From NCBI GenBank assembly GCA_964524145.1, contig CAZGCA010000010.1, forward strand, positions 13,807 through 77,806: 64,000 nt of DNA, in the 5' to 3' direction. Positions within the stretch are counted from its first letter, which is position 1; each line of letters starts with the position of its first letter. A program made the translations under genes and the position numbers. Origin of the DNA: an uncultured bacterium. Its GTDB lineage: Bacteria > Hydrogenedentota > CAZGCA01. This document shows positions 26,072-35,563 of the stretch, in pieces. The notes under the pieces are model-generated. The model searched no databases, had not been told where the DNA came from, and saw only the letters and a program-made list of their open reading frames with translations.

Positions 26072-28837
26072 ATGACAAATTACAGCCGTTGGTGCGCAGT
26101 AGCGCTGGTTGCTGTCGGGCTTATTGTGTGGTTGACCATGCCGGTGTGTCACGCACAGCCGGGCGGAACGGAGATACCGCGCCCTGAACATCCGAGACCG
26201 GACTTTCACCGGGCCGAATGGCAGAATCTGAACGGTGTGTGGCGGTTCCGGTTCGATCCGGACGATGCCGGCGAAAAAGAGGGATGGTTCGAGAAGGATA
26301 CGGACCATTTCACCCGCACGATTGTCGTGCCGTTCCCCTGGCAGAGCGAGCTGTCCGGGGTCAACGACAAGGAGTATGGCGGTGCAGCATGGTACAGACG
26401 CGAGTTCTCGGTGCCGCGTGAGTGGGACGGGAAACGGGTCTTTGTGAAGTTCTGCGCGGTGGACTGGGAGGCGAAAGCGTGGTTGAACGATGAGTATCTC
26501 GGCAGCCACGAAGGCGGCTATTCGCCGTTCGAGTTCGATGTCACCAAACACGTTCGATTCGACCAGCCGAACGTGTTGACGGTACGAGCATTCGACGAGA
26601 CTCACCGCGAGCTCCCGTCGGGCAAACAGACGGGGTGGTACACCGAGACCGGCGGGATATGGCAGACGGTATACATCGAGGCGCACGGAGCACCGCATCT
26701 GAAGCTGGCATCTATCACGCCTGATATCGACAAGAAGACAGCCCGGTTTGACCTCGTGATAGAGTCCGCGAAACGTGTCTCGGCGTGCGACGTGACCGTC
26801 ACCGTGACCGAGCCAGGGCAGCTCAAGACGGAAAAGACCGTCCGCCTGAAAGCGGGCGAAAATCAGGCAAGCGTGGTACTCGATATCCCCGAACCGAAAC
26901 CGTGGGAGCCGGACTCGCCTACACTCTACATGACGGAGATAGCGCTGCACGTGGGCGGACAGGTGACGGACACCGTAAACACCTATTTCGGCATGCGGAA
27001 GGTCTCGACAGGCAAGTGGGGCGATAACGAGTTCACCTATGTCTACCTCAACAACCGGCCCATCTACCTGCTCGGCGCGTTACACCAGTCCTTCACCCCG
27101 GAGGGCGTGCATACCTACCCGTCCGACGACTACATCCGGCGGGATATGGAGAAGGCGAGACGTCTCGGGCTGAACTTCCTCCGGATCCATATCAAGGTGG
27201 ACGAACCGCGCGTGCTGTACTGGGCTGACCGGTTGGGCGTGATGCTGATGTGCGACATGCCGAATTTCGCAAAGCATACCCCGCGCGCTCGGCAGGCGTG
27301 GGAGCAGATGTTGCGCGACGTCGTCGCGCGCGATTACAACCATCCGTCGATGATCTCGTGGTGCGATTTCAACGAGACGTGGGGACTGAGGACCGCTCGC
27401 AGGTACACCGAGGCGAACCAGCAGTGGGTTCGCGAGATGTACCTGCTCACAAAACAGCTCGACCCGACCCGGCTGGTCGAGGACAACTCGGCGAATCGAC
27501 GCGACCACGTCGCGACCGATATCAATAGCTGGCACTTTTATATCGACGACTATGAGATGACGAGAAGGCATATCGACGATGTCGTCGCGAAAACCTATCC
27601 GGGCTCGACATTCAACTTCGCGAAGGGCGAGAAACAGGGCGACGAGCCGCTTATCAACAGCGAGTACGGCGGCGTCAGCGCCGGTGGCGGCGACCGCGAC
27701 ATCTCGTGGTGTTTCAAGTATCAGACGAACCTGCTGCGGTCTCATCCGAAGGTCTGCGGCTACGTCTACACGGAACTGACCGATATCGAGTGGGAACATA
27801 ATGGGTTCATGAACTACGACCGCAGCGATAAGGAGTACGGGTACGACGAGATGTTCCCCGGATTCGAGCTCAGCTACCTGAACAACCTCGATTTTGTCGT
27901 GATTGACGCGCCGCCCTATTCCGAGACGCAACCGCAGGGCACCTGGCGGACACGCCTGTTCCTGAGCCATTTTTCCGAACGGAATCCGCAACAGCTGACG
28001 CTCAAATGGCAGCTTACGGGCGTGGATTCGCTCGGCACACAGCACAACTACCTGGACGGTGAGCAAGCGGCGACGTGGAAGCCGTATGAGGTGGTCGAGC
28101 TGCCGGAGTTCGAGACCCAACTGCCCGGTGAGCCGGCGCTCTGCACGTTGGGGTTCCGCCTCGAGGACGGGTCCGGCGAGGCGATAGCTGCGAACTACGT
28201 CAACATCAACGTGATGGGCAACGCGCCGAGCGTCGAGCTACTGGGTGATCAGACGTGCGCCGTGCGGTTCCGGCCGAACGAGGTCACGGATTCTAACTGG
28301 AACACGATGGATGTCAGCTCGGAGCATGCCGCCGGAAAAGTGTTCGGCACGGGCGCCGGCTATTTCGAATACGAGGTCAAGGTGCCTGAAACTACCGACA
28401 TTGCGGCCATCACAGAAATCACGCTGCTCGCCGAGCTCGGCGCAAAGGCGACTACCGAGAAACATGACTGGCCAAAACGGGTCACACCGGCAGATTATCC
28501 GCAGACCGACGCGAAGAAATGGCCGACCGACGTGACCGTGCAGTTCCAGGGCGTTGAAGTCGCGCAAATCGCCTTGCCGGACGATCCGGCGGACGCTCGC
28601 GGCGTGCTCTCCCACGCGGCAGCCTACCACCACGGATCGTACGGGTACCTGCAGAAGATTGCGGTCAAGGGCGAGACGTTGGACAAGATCAAGGGGTCTC
28701 TTGCCGCCGGCCGCGTGATGAAAATCAGGTTGTCCGTCGAACCAACCGCTCAACACAAAGGCGGACTTGCCGTCTACGGCGCTACCATGGGCCGTTATCC
28801 GATGAATCCCACCGTGCTGATACGGACGGCGGGCTAG
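26072..28837 (+). CDS. Glycoside hydrolase family 2 (beta-galactosidase/beta-mannosidase/glucuronidase-like), secreted
   Basis: The signal peptide MTNYSRWCAVALVAVGLIVWLTMPVCHAQ begins at ATG 26072 (GGAGG at 26056-26060). It has a GH2 sugar-binding N-domain (WQNLNGVWRFRFDP...GGAAWYRREF), NHPSMISWCDFNETWG, and a TIM barrel. The antisense ORFs 25991..26950 and 27080..28120 are spurious. Confidence 0.8.
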   Translation: MTNYSRWCAVALVAVGLIVWLTMPVCHAQPGGTEIPRPEHPRPDFHRAEWQNLNGVWRFRFDPDDAGEKEGWFEKDTDHFTRTIVVPFPWQSELSGVNDKEYGGAAWYRREFSVPREWDGKRVFVKFCAVDWEAKAWLNDEYLGSHEGGYSPFEFDVTKHVRFDQPNVLTVRAFDETHRELPSGKQTGWYTETGGIWQTVYIEAHGAPHLKLASITPDIDKKTARFDLVIESAKRVSACDVTVTVTEPGQLKTEKTVRLKAGENQASVVLDIPEPKPWEPDSPTLYMTEIALHVGGQVTDTVNTYFGMRKVSTGKWGDNEFTYVYLNNRPIYLLGALHQSFTPEGVHTYPSDDYIRRDMEKARRLGLNFLRIHIKVDEPRVLYWADRLGVMLMCDMPNFAKHTPRARQAWEQMLRDVVARDYNHPSMISWCDFNETWGLRTARRYTEANQQWVREMYLLTKQLDPTRLVEDNSANRRDHVATDINSWHFYIDDYEMTRRHIDDVVAKTYPGSTFNFAKGEKQGDEPLINSEYGGVSAGGGDRDISWCFKYQTNLLRSHPKVCGYVYTELTDIEWEHNGFMNYDRSDKEYGYDEMFPGFELSYLNNLDFVVIDAPPYSETQPQGTWRTRLFLSHFSERNPQQLTLKWQLTGVDSLGTQHNYLDGEQAATWKPYEVVELPEFETQLPGEPALCTLGFRLEDGSGEAIAANYVNINVMGNAPSVELLGDQTCAVRFRPNEVTDSNWNTMDVSSEHAAGKVFGTGAGYFEYEVKVPETTDIAAITEITLLAELGAKATTEKHDWPKRVTPADYPQTDAKKWPTDVTVQFQGVEVAQIALPDDPADARGVLSHAAAYHHGSYGYLQKIAVKGETLDKIKGSLAAGRVMKIRLSVEPTAQHKGGLAVYGATMGRYPMNPTVLIRTAG

Positions 28838-29029
28838 GAGGCGATTGACAGTTTGCGGCGGTACTGGATACAATTCAAGTTGTCGGGAAACAGCACGGCG
28901 GGTAGCCGTTGAGCATTGTGCGTGGCTCATCTGCACGGCAGGGAAAGGAGGCGATGATACGGAAGACCAAAACACCCCGTCGTTTGTTCTGTCTGCAAAC
29001 TGGCTCGAAAGAAGCAAGGAGGCTGCACG

Positions 29030-29941
29030 ATGAAAAGGAACTCCGGATTTACGCTGATTGAGCTGCTCGTGGTTATCGCCATCATCGGCATACTGGCCGC
29101 GATTCTGCTGCCGGCGCTGGCGCGGGCACGCGAAGCGGCGCGGCGTGCCACCTGCGCAAACAACCTTAAACAACAGGGGTTGGTGTTCAAGATGTACGCC
29201 AACGAGTGGAACGGCCGCTTCCCGCCGGTAGCGATCGACCAGTGTGTGAAAGTCGAAGGGAACGGTATCGTGTACACAGGTGAACCGGCGGCCGTTGTCG
29301 CACCCAACGGGCCGTCAATCTATCCCGAGTACCTGACGGACGCCAAGGTTCTCGTATGCCCGTCGGACAGGGAGGGTATGGAGTATTTCGAGGGCGGCTG
29401 GTGGTCGGATGATAACGGCAATATCCAGCCGTGCCTGTTCCACACGATGAGCTACGTGTATCTCGGCTGGATTCTTATGGGACACGAGTTTATATGGGGC
29501 GGTGTTAACGGCAAGGACCCGAATGATCCGACGTTCGTTTTTGAAGATGTAAGACTCGGCGGGTTGTTCGATTTCGCTATGGCTATAGGCCGATTCCCGG
29601 ATACTAACCCTGATAACCCCTCTTGGCCGACGTCAACGGACGTTGATTTGACATTCCCGGCAGGTTACGGAAACGTCCCTCCGAACGGGAGAACCATCTA
29701 CCGTCTGAGAGAAGGCATTGAGCGCTTCATGATCACCGACATCAACAATCCTGCAGCAAGTGCGAAAGCGCAGAGCGAGGTGGCGGTGACGTGGGATATG
29801 GTGAGCGCAGACGCGGACAATTTTAACCACATCCCGGGTGGCTCCAACGTGCTTTTTATGGACGGGCACGTCGAGTTCATAAAGTACCCCGGGAAGCATC
29901 CGGTTACGAAGGCAATGGCATTCGCGTCTTCTTGGTTCTAG
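29030..29941 (+). CDS. DUF1559 protein (prepilin-type N-terminal methylation motif plus H-X9-DG C-terminal motif), Planctomycetota-type
   Basis: [48 protein letters not shown] at the N-terminus and [16 protein letters not shown] at the C-terminus. AAGGAGG precedes the ATG. Confidence 0.85.
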   Translation: MKRNSGFTLIELLVVIAIIGILAAILLPALARAREAARRATCANNLKQQGLVFKMYANEWNGRFPPVAIDQCVKVEGNGIVYTGEPAAVVAPNGPSIYPEYLTDAKVLVCPSDREGMEYFEGGWWSDDNGNIQPCLFHTMSYVYLGWILMGHEFIWGGVNGKDPNDPTFVFEDVRLGGLFDFAMAIGRFPDTNPDNPSWPTSTDVDLTFPAGYGNVPPNGRTIYRLREGIERFMITDINNPAASAKAQSEVAVTWDMVSADADNFNHIPGGSNVLFMDGHVEFIKYPGKHPVTKAMAFASSWF

Positions 29942-29998
29942 GACGAGGAGCCGGCAGAAGAGCCGCCCAGTCAGGTGAAAGGTAGAGGAAGGAGGAGC

Positions 29999-30436
29999 AT
30001 GAGTTCAAGAAGAGTCACCGTATGCGGCGTGGCGTTCGTCGGGCTGATTGTCGCGCTGGTGAGCGGGTGCGCGACAACGGCGCAACAACCTGCGCTGTCA
30101 GATGCGAAAGTTGTCCCGGCGAAAGCGTCGCCCGGCGATAAGACGCTCGTCCAGGTGAAACTGGTAGATCCGCAGGGGCTCGTCTCGGTAGTCGTCGCCA
30201 GCGTGAGGGAGTTTCCTCAAATATCCTTCGATCTCAAGGACAATGGCGAAAACGGAGACGCGGTAGCGGGCGACGGCATCTGGTCACACGCCATGGAAGT
30301 TCCCGCGGCAGCGCCAGCCGGCGAGTACACCTGGGATTTCGAGGCGTATGATGCCGACATTAGCCCGGTGGAAGTTACCGGCGAAGACGGCGAGACGGTA
30401 CCTCTGACGGCCGAAGCAACCGCCGAAGTCTTGTGA
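29999..30436 (+). CDS. Small lipoprotein of unknown function
   Basis: MSSRRVTVCGVAFVGLIVALVSGCAT (lipobox). The start ATG 29999 is directly preceded by AGGAGG. The product is acidic and Gly/Asp-rich. Confidence 0.5.
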   Translation: MSSRRVTVCGVAFVGLIVALVSGCATTAQQPALSDAKVVPAKASPGDKTLVQVKLVDPQGLVSVVVASVREFPQISFDLKDNGENGDAVAGDGIWSHAMEVPAAAPAGEYTWDFEAYDADISPVEVTGEDGETVPLTAEATAEVL

Positions 30437-30501
30437 AGCCCTGTGAGGGTCGGACCGCTTAAGGCGGGTTCTCCCGGGCGTCAGAAGAAGTGAACATCCG
30501 G

Positions 30502-30540
30502 CCGGTCGCCGATCTGAAAAGTCTGCGACCGGCTTTCTGT
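30502..30540. terminator. Bidirectional rho-independent terminator-like hairpin between convergent genes
   Basis: Stem ccggtcgc (30502-30509) and gcgaccgg (30525-30532) with a 15-nt loop, followed by ctttctgt. Confidence 0.45.
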
Positions 30541-30612
30541 AAGGCCAAGCGGGGGGGATCTATGTTGAGCGCATCGTCCGTGGTAGAGAGCTCAACACGC
30601 CGATTTCAAGCG

Positions 30613-32919
30613 TCAGTACCCGATGTCCTTTGACCACTCTGCCCGGTACAGCCAGGCCGTGTTCCTATAGAGGCCCTGAGTATAGTCAGCCCGTTTGGTA
30701 ACGTCCGCGTCGAAGCCGCCGGTGTAGAAAACGCGGCCCTCGTGTTCCGGGAACGGCGATTTCATGAAATACCTTGCACCACGCAGACTGCACCCGCTGG
30801 TACACGCCTGGTGTGCAGCCTCGTAGTCATAGATCAGGCTCAACTCGTATTTCCGGGTCTCCACGTCGCGTGTCAGCAGAAACGTGCCGTTCCAGGGCGC
30901 TCTTGTCAACTCATACTTGTGCGGGAAACAATGGGCCCAGGTGCCGCTCAAATGTTGCAGCCGCCCGGTTCTGAGATCTTTGTGAGGCTCGAAGTAGTTG
31001 TAGCCCGAGAAGAAGTGGGAACCTCTTCGGGATACCGGTCCGTATGTCTCATCCATGAACTTACTGCCGTTGAGCTCCTCCACGAATGTGAGGGGGTCGG
31101 TACGATTGTCGATCCGGAGGACAACGCCGTTCAAAATGAGCGTGGCCAGGAACTCCTGGCCGGATCCGTCAGCTGCTGGTACGGCGGTAAAGGCGCGTGG
31201 AGCGTTGGCCAGGTTCTCGCTCGGCAGGCTGAGCACTTCCGACCACGTGCTCGTCTCGTCGTCTCGCCGGAACACCTTGCCGGCCATTCCAATAAGGTTC
31301 TGCCCGTTGATGTTGAGTTCAGTGATTGGGCGCCCGACGGGGTTGTCGGTGTCGTCGATGTCGAACTCAGGTGTCGTGTCCCAACGGATGTATCCGGCCG
31401 CCTTCCGATCATAAACTCCTCGGTAAATCTTGCCGGGCGCTGTGCCCGCAAAGGCTTCATGCACGCCTGTCACGGAATTGACAGCGGTCCAATAGTTGCG
31501 CACGAAGGGGGCTTGCGTATACTTGCCCGCTCCAGCGCCGCCCGGCGGAACTACCGAGTCTTCATCCAGCAGGAACTTCCCCCACTCGCCCGTGGAGGGG
31601 TCCTTCCAGTACGTGTTGACAAATCCTCTGTAAATATCCGTCACTCCGGCATACAGGATCTTGAACGGCTCGGGCAGCGGGCTCCCTTCCTTGTCCGTCG
31701 TGAGCTCGAGCACCGCCATCTCATCCACCCGCATAGTGCCCGTTCCGAAATAGTGGTCCACCTTCCAGGGTGCCTCAGCGCTCTCCTTCACCACAATCAA
31801 CGCGCCGTAATAGCCGTTGTGGTCTCCCGGCGGGAGGCTGTTGATCTCATCAGTAACAGGCAGCGGCATCTTCAATAACGCCCGGTCGTTCCAGTTTCCG
31901 AGCCCGGCATATAACTTACCCTGGAAGGTTGCGAGATGGTCCATTTCCGTCGCTTGGATAACTTTGCCGTTCTCATCGGGTTCGCCCATCCGGATTTCCT
32001 CGGTGTAGACCCAAGCGCCCTGGACGGCCCGAAGGAAGTCGAGCTGCACCTGTGTGACCGGCTCGTTGAATACGCCGACATCAGACACGATGGTCTCGTC
32101 GGTTTCGTCAGTCGCCCAAGAGCGCGCCACCCATTTGGATTCCCTGAGCTTCGTTTTCAGAATCAAGGCTTGAGCTTTGGCATCTGCATTCTCCGGCACG
32201 AACTGGATCAAGAAAGGAAGCCTCGACCGGTTACTTGACTTGTCCCCCTCTTTCCCGTTCCACTCGTTCAGATATGTAATCGGCGAGGCGCTTTCCCGGC
32301 TCGATGAGCTATTGCCGATCGCTTGTTTAATCTGACGCTGCAACTCTTTGTTGACGGTGCTGCTTACGACGGCTTGAACGTCGAAGGCCAGCCCGTTATA
32401 CACGCTCAGGCTCGTGACAGGCTTCATGCCTTTCACGCGCTCTCGCTCGAAGTAGACTGGATTGAGCGTGGCAAGCGCAGCGAGGTGAGCACCCGCTTCG
32501 TATCCCATCATGCTTATTTGATCGGGGTCGCCACCGTAACTGCGGATGTTTTCCTGGGCCCAACGAACGGCTGCTGCCACATCTTGGGCCATGTTGTCGA
32601 ATCCGGCTTTAGGAGCAAGCCTGTAGTTGATACTGACGTAGATCCATCCCTGGTTCGTGAACCATGGGACCTGGTTCTTCGTCACTTCAGCATCGGCTTT
32701 GTCTCCGGCCTCCCATCCACCGCCGTGCACCATGATCATCACCGGCGCGAGCTGATCGCATGCCTCGGGGAGATAGATGTCCAGGGAAGTGAGCGAGGCA
32801 GGTGTATTGGGTCGATCTGCATAGCGGATATCCTTGGTTGGCTTTGCAGCCCAGGCACCGCCAACAAGTATGGTTGATGAGAGAATTGTCAAAACCAGGT
32901 GCTTAATAAGCGACCTCAT
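30613..32919 (-). CDS. Secreted two-domain protein: N-terminal esterase/lipase-like alpha/beta hydrolase domain (atypical nucleophile elbow) plus a roughly 450-aa C-terminal domain
   Basis: Signal peptide, MIMVHGGGWEAGDK (HGGG oxyanion motif), then DQISMMGYEAGAHLAAL, where the GxSxG Ser position is Glu. The antisense ORF 30742..31878 is spurious. Confidence 0.55.
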   Translation of the reverse strand: MRSLIKHLVLTILSSTILVGGAWAAKPTKDIRYADRPNTPASLTSLDIYLPEACDQLAPVMIMVHGGGWEAGDKADAEVTKNQVPWFTNQGWIYVSINYRLAPKAGFDNMAQDVAAAVRWAQENIRSYGGDPDQISMMGYEAGAHLAALATLNPVYFERERVKGMKPVTSLSVYNGLAFDVQAVVSSTVNKELQRQIKQAIGNSSSSRESASPITYLNEWNGKEGDKSSNRSRLPFLIQFVPENADAKAQALILKTKLRESKWVARSWATDETDETIVSDVGVFNEPVTQVQLDFLRAVQGAWVYTEEIRMGEPDENGKVIQATEMDHLATFQGKLYAGLGNWNDRALLKMPLPVTDEINSLPPGDHNGYYGALIVVKESAEAPWKVDHYFGTGTMRVDEMAVLELTTDKEGSPLPEPFKILYAGVTDIYRGFVNTYWKDPSTGEWGKFLLDEDSVVPPGGAGAGKYTQAPFVRNYWTAVNSVTGVHEAFAGTAPGKIYRGVYDRKAAGYIRWDTTPEFDIDDTDNPVGRPITELNINGQNLIGMAGKVFRRDDETSTWSEVLSLPSENLANAPRAFTAVPAADGSGQEFLATLILNGVVLRIDNRTDPLTFVEELNGSKFMDETYGPVSRRGSHFFSGYNYFEPHKDLRTGRLQHLSGTWAHCFPHKYELTRAPWNGTFLLTRDVETRKYELSLIYDYEAAHQACTSGCSLRGARYFMKSPFPEHEGRVFYTGGFDADVTKRADYTQGLYRNTAWLYRAEWSKDIGY

Positions 32920-32959
32920 AGTATCCCTCCTTCATTGTCAACGGCGGAGCAACAGTGAA

Positions 32960-32993
32960 GCGGTTGGCGCTCCAAGAGTGAAGCGCCAACCGC
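32960..32993. terminator. Strong 12-bp stem hairpin downstream of the oxidoreductase gene
   Basis: gcggttggcgct (32960-32971) is the reverse complement of agcgccaaccgc (32982-32993). Confidence 0.35.
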
Positions 32994-33050
32994 CTGGATT
33001 ACGCGATCTGCCAGGTAACATGCATCCGCTACCCGCGTCTCCAATTCGCT

Positions 33051-34442
33051 CTACACGGGAAGTTCCCAACCCTTACGGTATTCCTTGCTCACAATGGCAC
33101 CCGGGTTGCTCACGTTAGTGACCACGCCCTTCTTGTTGTCCCAGTGCAGTTTCTCCCCGGATTTCACGACGAGGTTGCCGAAATTCACCATCTCGGTGAA
33201 GGGTCCGGCGTAGTCGAAATTCGAGCACGCCGGCTCGCCGCCTTTGCAGGCATCAAGCCAGTTCTGATAGTGGCTCTGGCCCTTGACGCGAGGCAGCCAT
33301 GGGTCGGGTTTCTTGTAGTCGGCCATCTTCTCATCCGGCATGAGGCGTGACCGCCCTCCGTACTCGCCCGTCGTGATGATGCCCTCATCGCCGATCAAGA
33401 ACGACCCGTTCATGTTGTCGTCGCCCAGCACTTGATCTGCGGGTATGCCCTCGGGACGCTTGGGCCTGTTGTACACGCGCTCGCCGCCCTCCTGCCAATG
33501 CCCGTCATACCAGTACACATCCACCGGCGCCATCCCGGCCCGGGCGGGGAAGGAGTACTTTATCGTTGTGGTGAGCGGGAAGGTCTGCTCGTTCCTGCCG
33601 CGCTGCATGACCACCTCGACGGTGTAGTCCGGCGCCTCGACGAGCTTGAGCGACCAGAATATCGGGTCCATGATGTGGCAGGCCATGTCGCCCAGCGACC
33701 CGCCGCCGAAGTCCAGCCAGGCGCGCCAGTCATGGGGTGCATAGCCTGCGCCGTACGGGCGCATGGGCGCCGATCCGATCCAGCGATCCCAGTCCATATT
33801 TTCCGGCGTGACACTCGGTGGAAGAGGGTCCGGTCGGCCCTGGTTCTCCCAGACGGGCCGGTGGGTCCAGACGTGGGCTTCGCGCACCTCGCCGATGGCG
33901 CCGCGCCAAATCATCTCGCAGAGCTCACGCACCCCATTGCCCGAGTGGCCCTGGTTCCCCATCTGCGTGGCTACGCCCGCCTCACGCGCCGTCTCGGTCA
34001 ACAACCGTGCTTCGGCGACCGTGTGTGTCAGGGGCTTCTGCACGTACACGTGTTTGCCGAGTTTCATCGCCATATAGGCCGCCGGGGCATGGGTGTGGTC
34101 CGGTGTTGAGATCGTCACCGCGTCGATCTCCTTCATGCGCTCCAGCATATTGCGATAGTCTCTGTACTTCTTCGCGTTGGGGAAGGTCTTGAAGGACCTG
34201 GCGGCCCGGCTCCAATCCACGTCGCACAGGGCCACAACGTTCTCACGCCTGCACGAAGCAATATCGCCCCCCCCCTGGCCCCCCGCACCAATAGCCGCCA
34301 CATTCAGCTTCTCGTTGGGCGACACCTTCTTCGGCACGACCTGCGCCGTACTCAGCCTCGTGGCACACCCTGAAGCGGCGACTGCCGCCGTCGTCGCCCC
34401 GGTCAAGAACGCCCGCCGGGTCATATCTTTCTTATCGCTCAT
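33051..34442 (-). CDS. Gfo/Idh/MocA-family oxidoreductase with a TAT signal
   Basis: TRRAFLTGATTAAVAASG (twin-arginine) and a Rossmann motif NVAAIGAGGQGGGD. This is the typical Planctomycetota periplasmic oxidoreductase architecture. Confidence 0.8.
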   Translation of the reverse strand: MSDKKDMTRRAFLTGATTAAVAASGCATRLSTAQVVPKKVSPNEKLNVAAIGAGGQGGGDIASCRRENVVALCDVDWSRAARSFKTFPNAKKYRDYRNMLERMKEIDAVTISTPDHTHAPAAYMAMKLGKHVYVQKPLTHTVAEARLLTETAREAGVATQMGNQGHSGNGVRELCEMIWRGAIGEVREAHVWTHRPVWENQGRPDPLPPSVTPENMDWDRWIGSAPMRPYGAGYAPHDWRAWLDFGGGSLGDMACHIMDPIFWSLKLVEAPDYTVEVVMQRGRNEQTFPLTTTIKYSFPARAGMAPVDVYWYDGHWQEGGERVYNRPKRPEGIPADQVLGDDNMNGSFLIGDEGIITTGEYGGRSRLMPDEKMADYKKPDPWLPRVKGQSHYQNWLDACKGGEPACSNFDYAGPFTEMVNFGNLVVKSGEKLHWDNKKGVVTNVSNPGAIVSKEYRKGWELPV

Positions 34443-34611
34443 GTCACACTTCCTCCATGGTTCTCGCTGCAGTCCTACCAGTCCGACTCGTTGGTTCCTT
34501 TCCGTGGGCTCCGGCTACCGGCCACGCGCACCGCCCACGCGAAGCGCATGGCTCAAACGTTGGATTCGAAGCCGTATTCTTTCGGCATAGGCTGGTTTAC
34601 AAAAGGCCCGT

Positions 34612-34800
34612 TCAGAAACCCCTGCCAACGGCTGCATTGCCCGGCGACGCTGGAAATTCGCCTGGGTACCTGACAAATTCCACATGCCCGTCGAGGTAAA
34701 GCGCATTCACACCACCCGGAATATGAGCAAACCGGCCCTTGGCGCCGGTAATCCTGCCCCCTTCAATGTAGTCCCACATGCTGTACAACAAGGGAACTGC
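34612..34800 (-). pseudogene. C-terminal fragment of a DUF1559 (H-X9-DG) gene
   Basis: ORF 34612..34926 ends ...GGVNALYLDGHVEFVRYPGEF, matching the DUF1559 C-terminus. The prepilin-like N-terminus is absent and the upstream part of the ORF is nonsense. Confidence 0.45.
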
Positions 34801-35129
34801 CGGCAAGAAACGTGAAGTTTCGCCGTTCAACCACCTCCTTTCAGCTTGCGACAAACATATACAACGTCTAATCGGGACTATAAGACAAGAATGTTGCATT
34901 GTCAAGGGTGACGTTGGTCGGCGCAATCATGATAATGCTGAGAAGGCCGACCGAGTGCGACGCAGTAGACGGGGGCAAATCCGGTGTCGCAGTAGAGCTG
35001 TGGTGAGAAAAGCGGGTTAAACACACCCGGGACACCCTTAATCGTTCAGCAATCCAATGAAGACATACCTGTAAAGCACTATGGATAGCAAGAAACACGA
35101 CAAACAGGCTTTCACCCACCAGGTGAGCC

Positions 35130-35440
35130 AAGCCATAACGACACCGCGAAGTCCCGCAGGGACGGTTGAGAATAGCCCAGGGGTTCACTGTGGTCGAAGC
35201 TATAACGACACGCCGAAGTCCCGCAGGGACGGTTGAGAATAGCCCAGGAGTTCACTCCTGGGAATCGGTATGATGCAACGGCCTTCAGTCCCGTAGGGAC
35301 GGCTGAACCCATTTCTTGAGGTCAAAGTCTTTCAGCCGTCCCTCCGGGACTCGATATGTTGAGGGAACGCCGGTGAACCGCAGGAATAAATTCCTGGGCT
35401 ATTGTCGTTCGTCCCTGCGGGACTCTGCAAAAACGTTCCG
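35130..35440. repeat. Cluster of direct and inverted repeats built on the palindromic core gtcccgcagggac
   Basis: The unit ataacgacacNgcgaagtcccgcagggacggttgagaatagcccagg occurs at 35130-35176 and 35196-35243. Degenerate direct copies (cagtcccgtagggacggctgaa) and inverted copies (agccgtccctccgggactcg; cctgggctattgtcgttcgtccctgcgggact) follow. It is intergenic, upstream of comM. Confidence 0.7.
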
Positions 35441-35563
35441 GCGACTCCCGGCTGCTGGAGTTCTCGTCCACCCAGCCATTAGCTGAACGATTAAGGGACA
35501 CGCAGCCCTGTTGACGCGGGGGAGCGACTCTGGTAGCATGCTGTTGCTACTCACTGCGAACCC

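Noticed and set aside
28840-29030. Possible small gene or riboswitch in the 190-bp gap upstream of the DUF1559 gene
   Set aside because: Only an RBS (AAGGAGG) and ordinary promoter-like sequence are visible. There is no conserved structure or ORF.
35130-35440. Possible CRISPR array
   Set aside because: The units are 47 bp with 20-bp spacers. There are only two faithful direct copies, and further copies are inverted. No cas genes are nearby.
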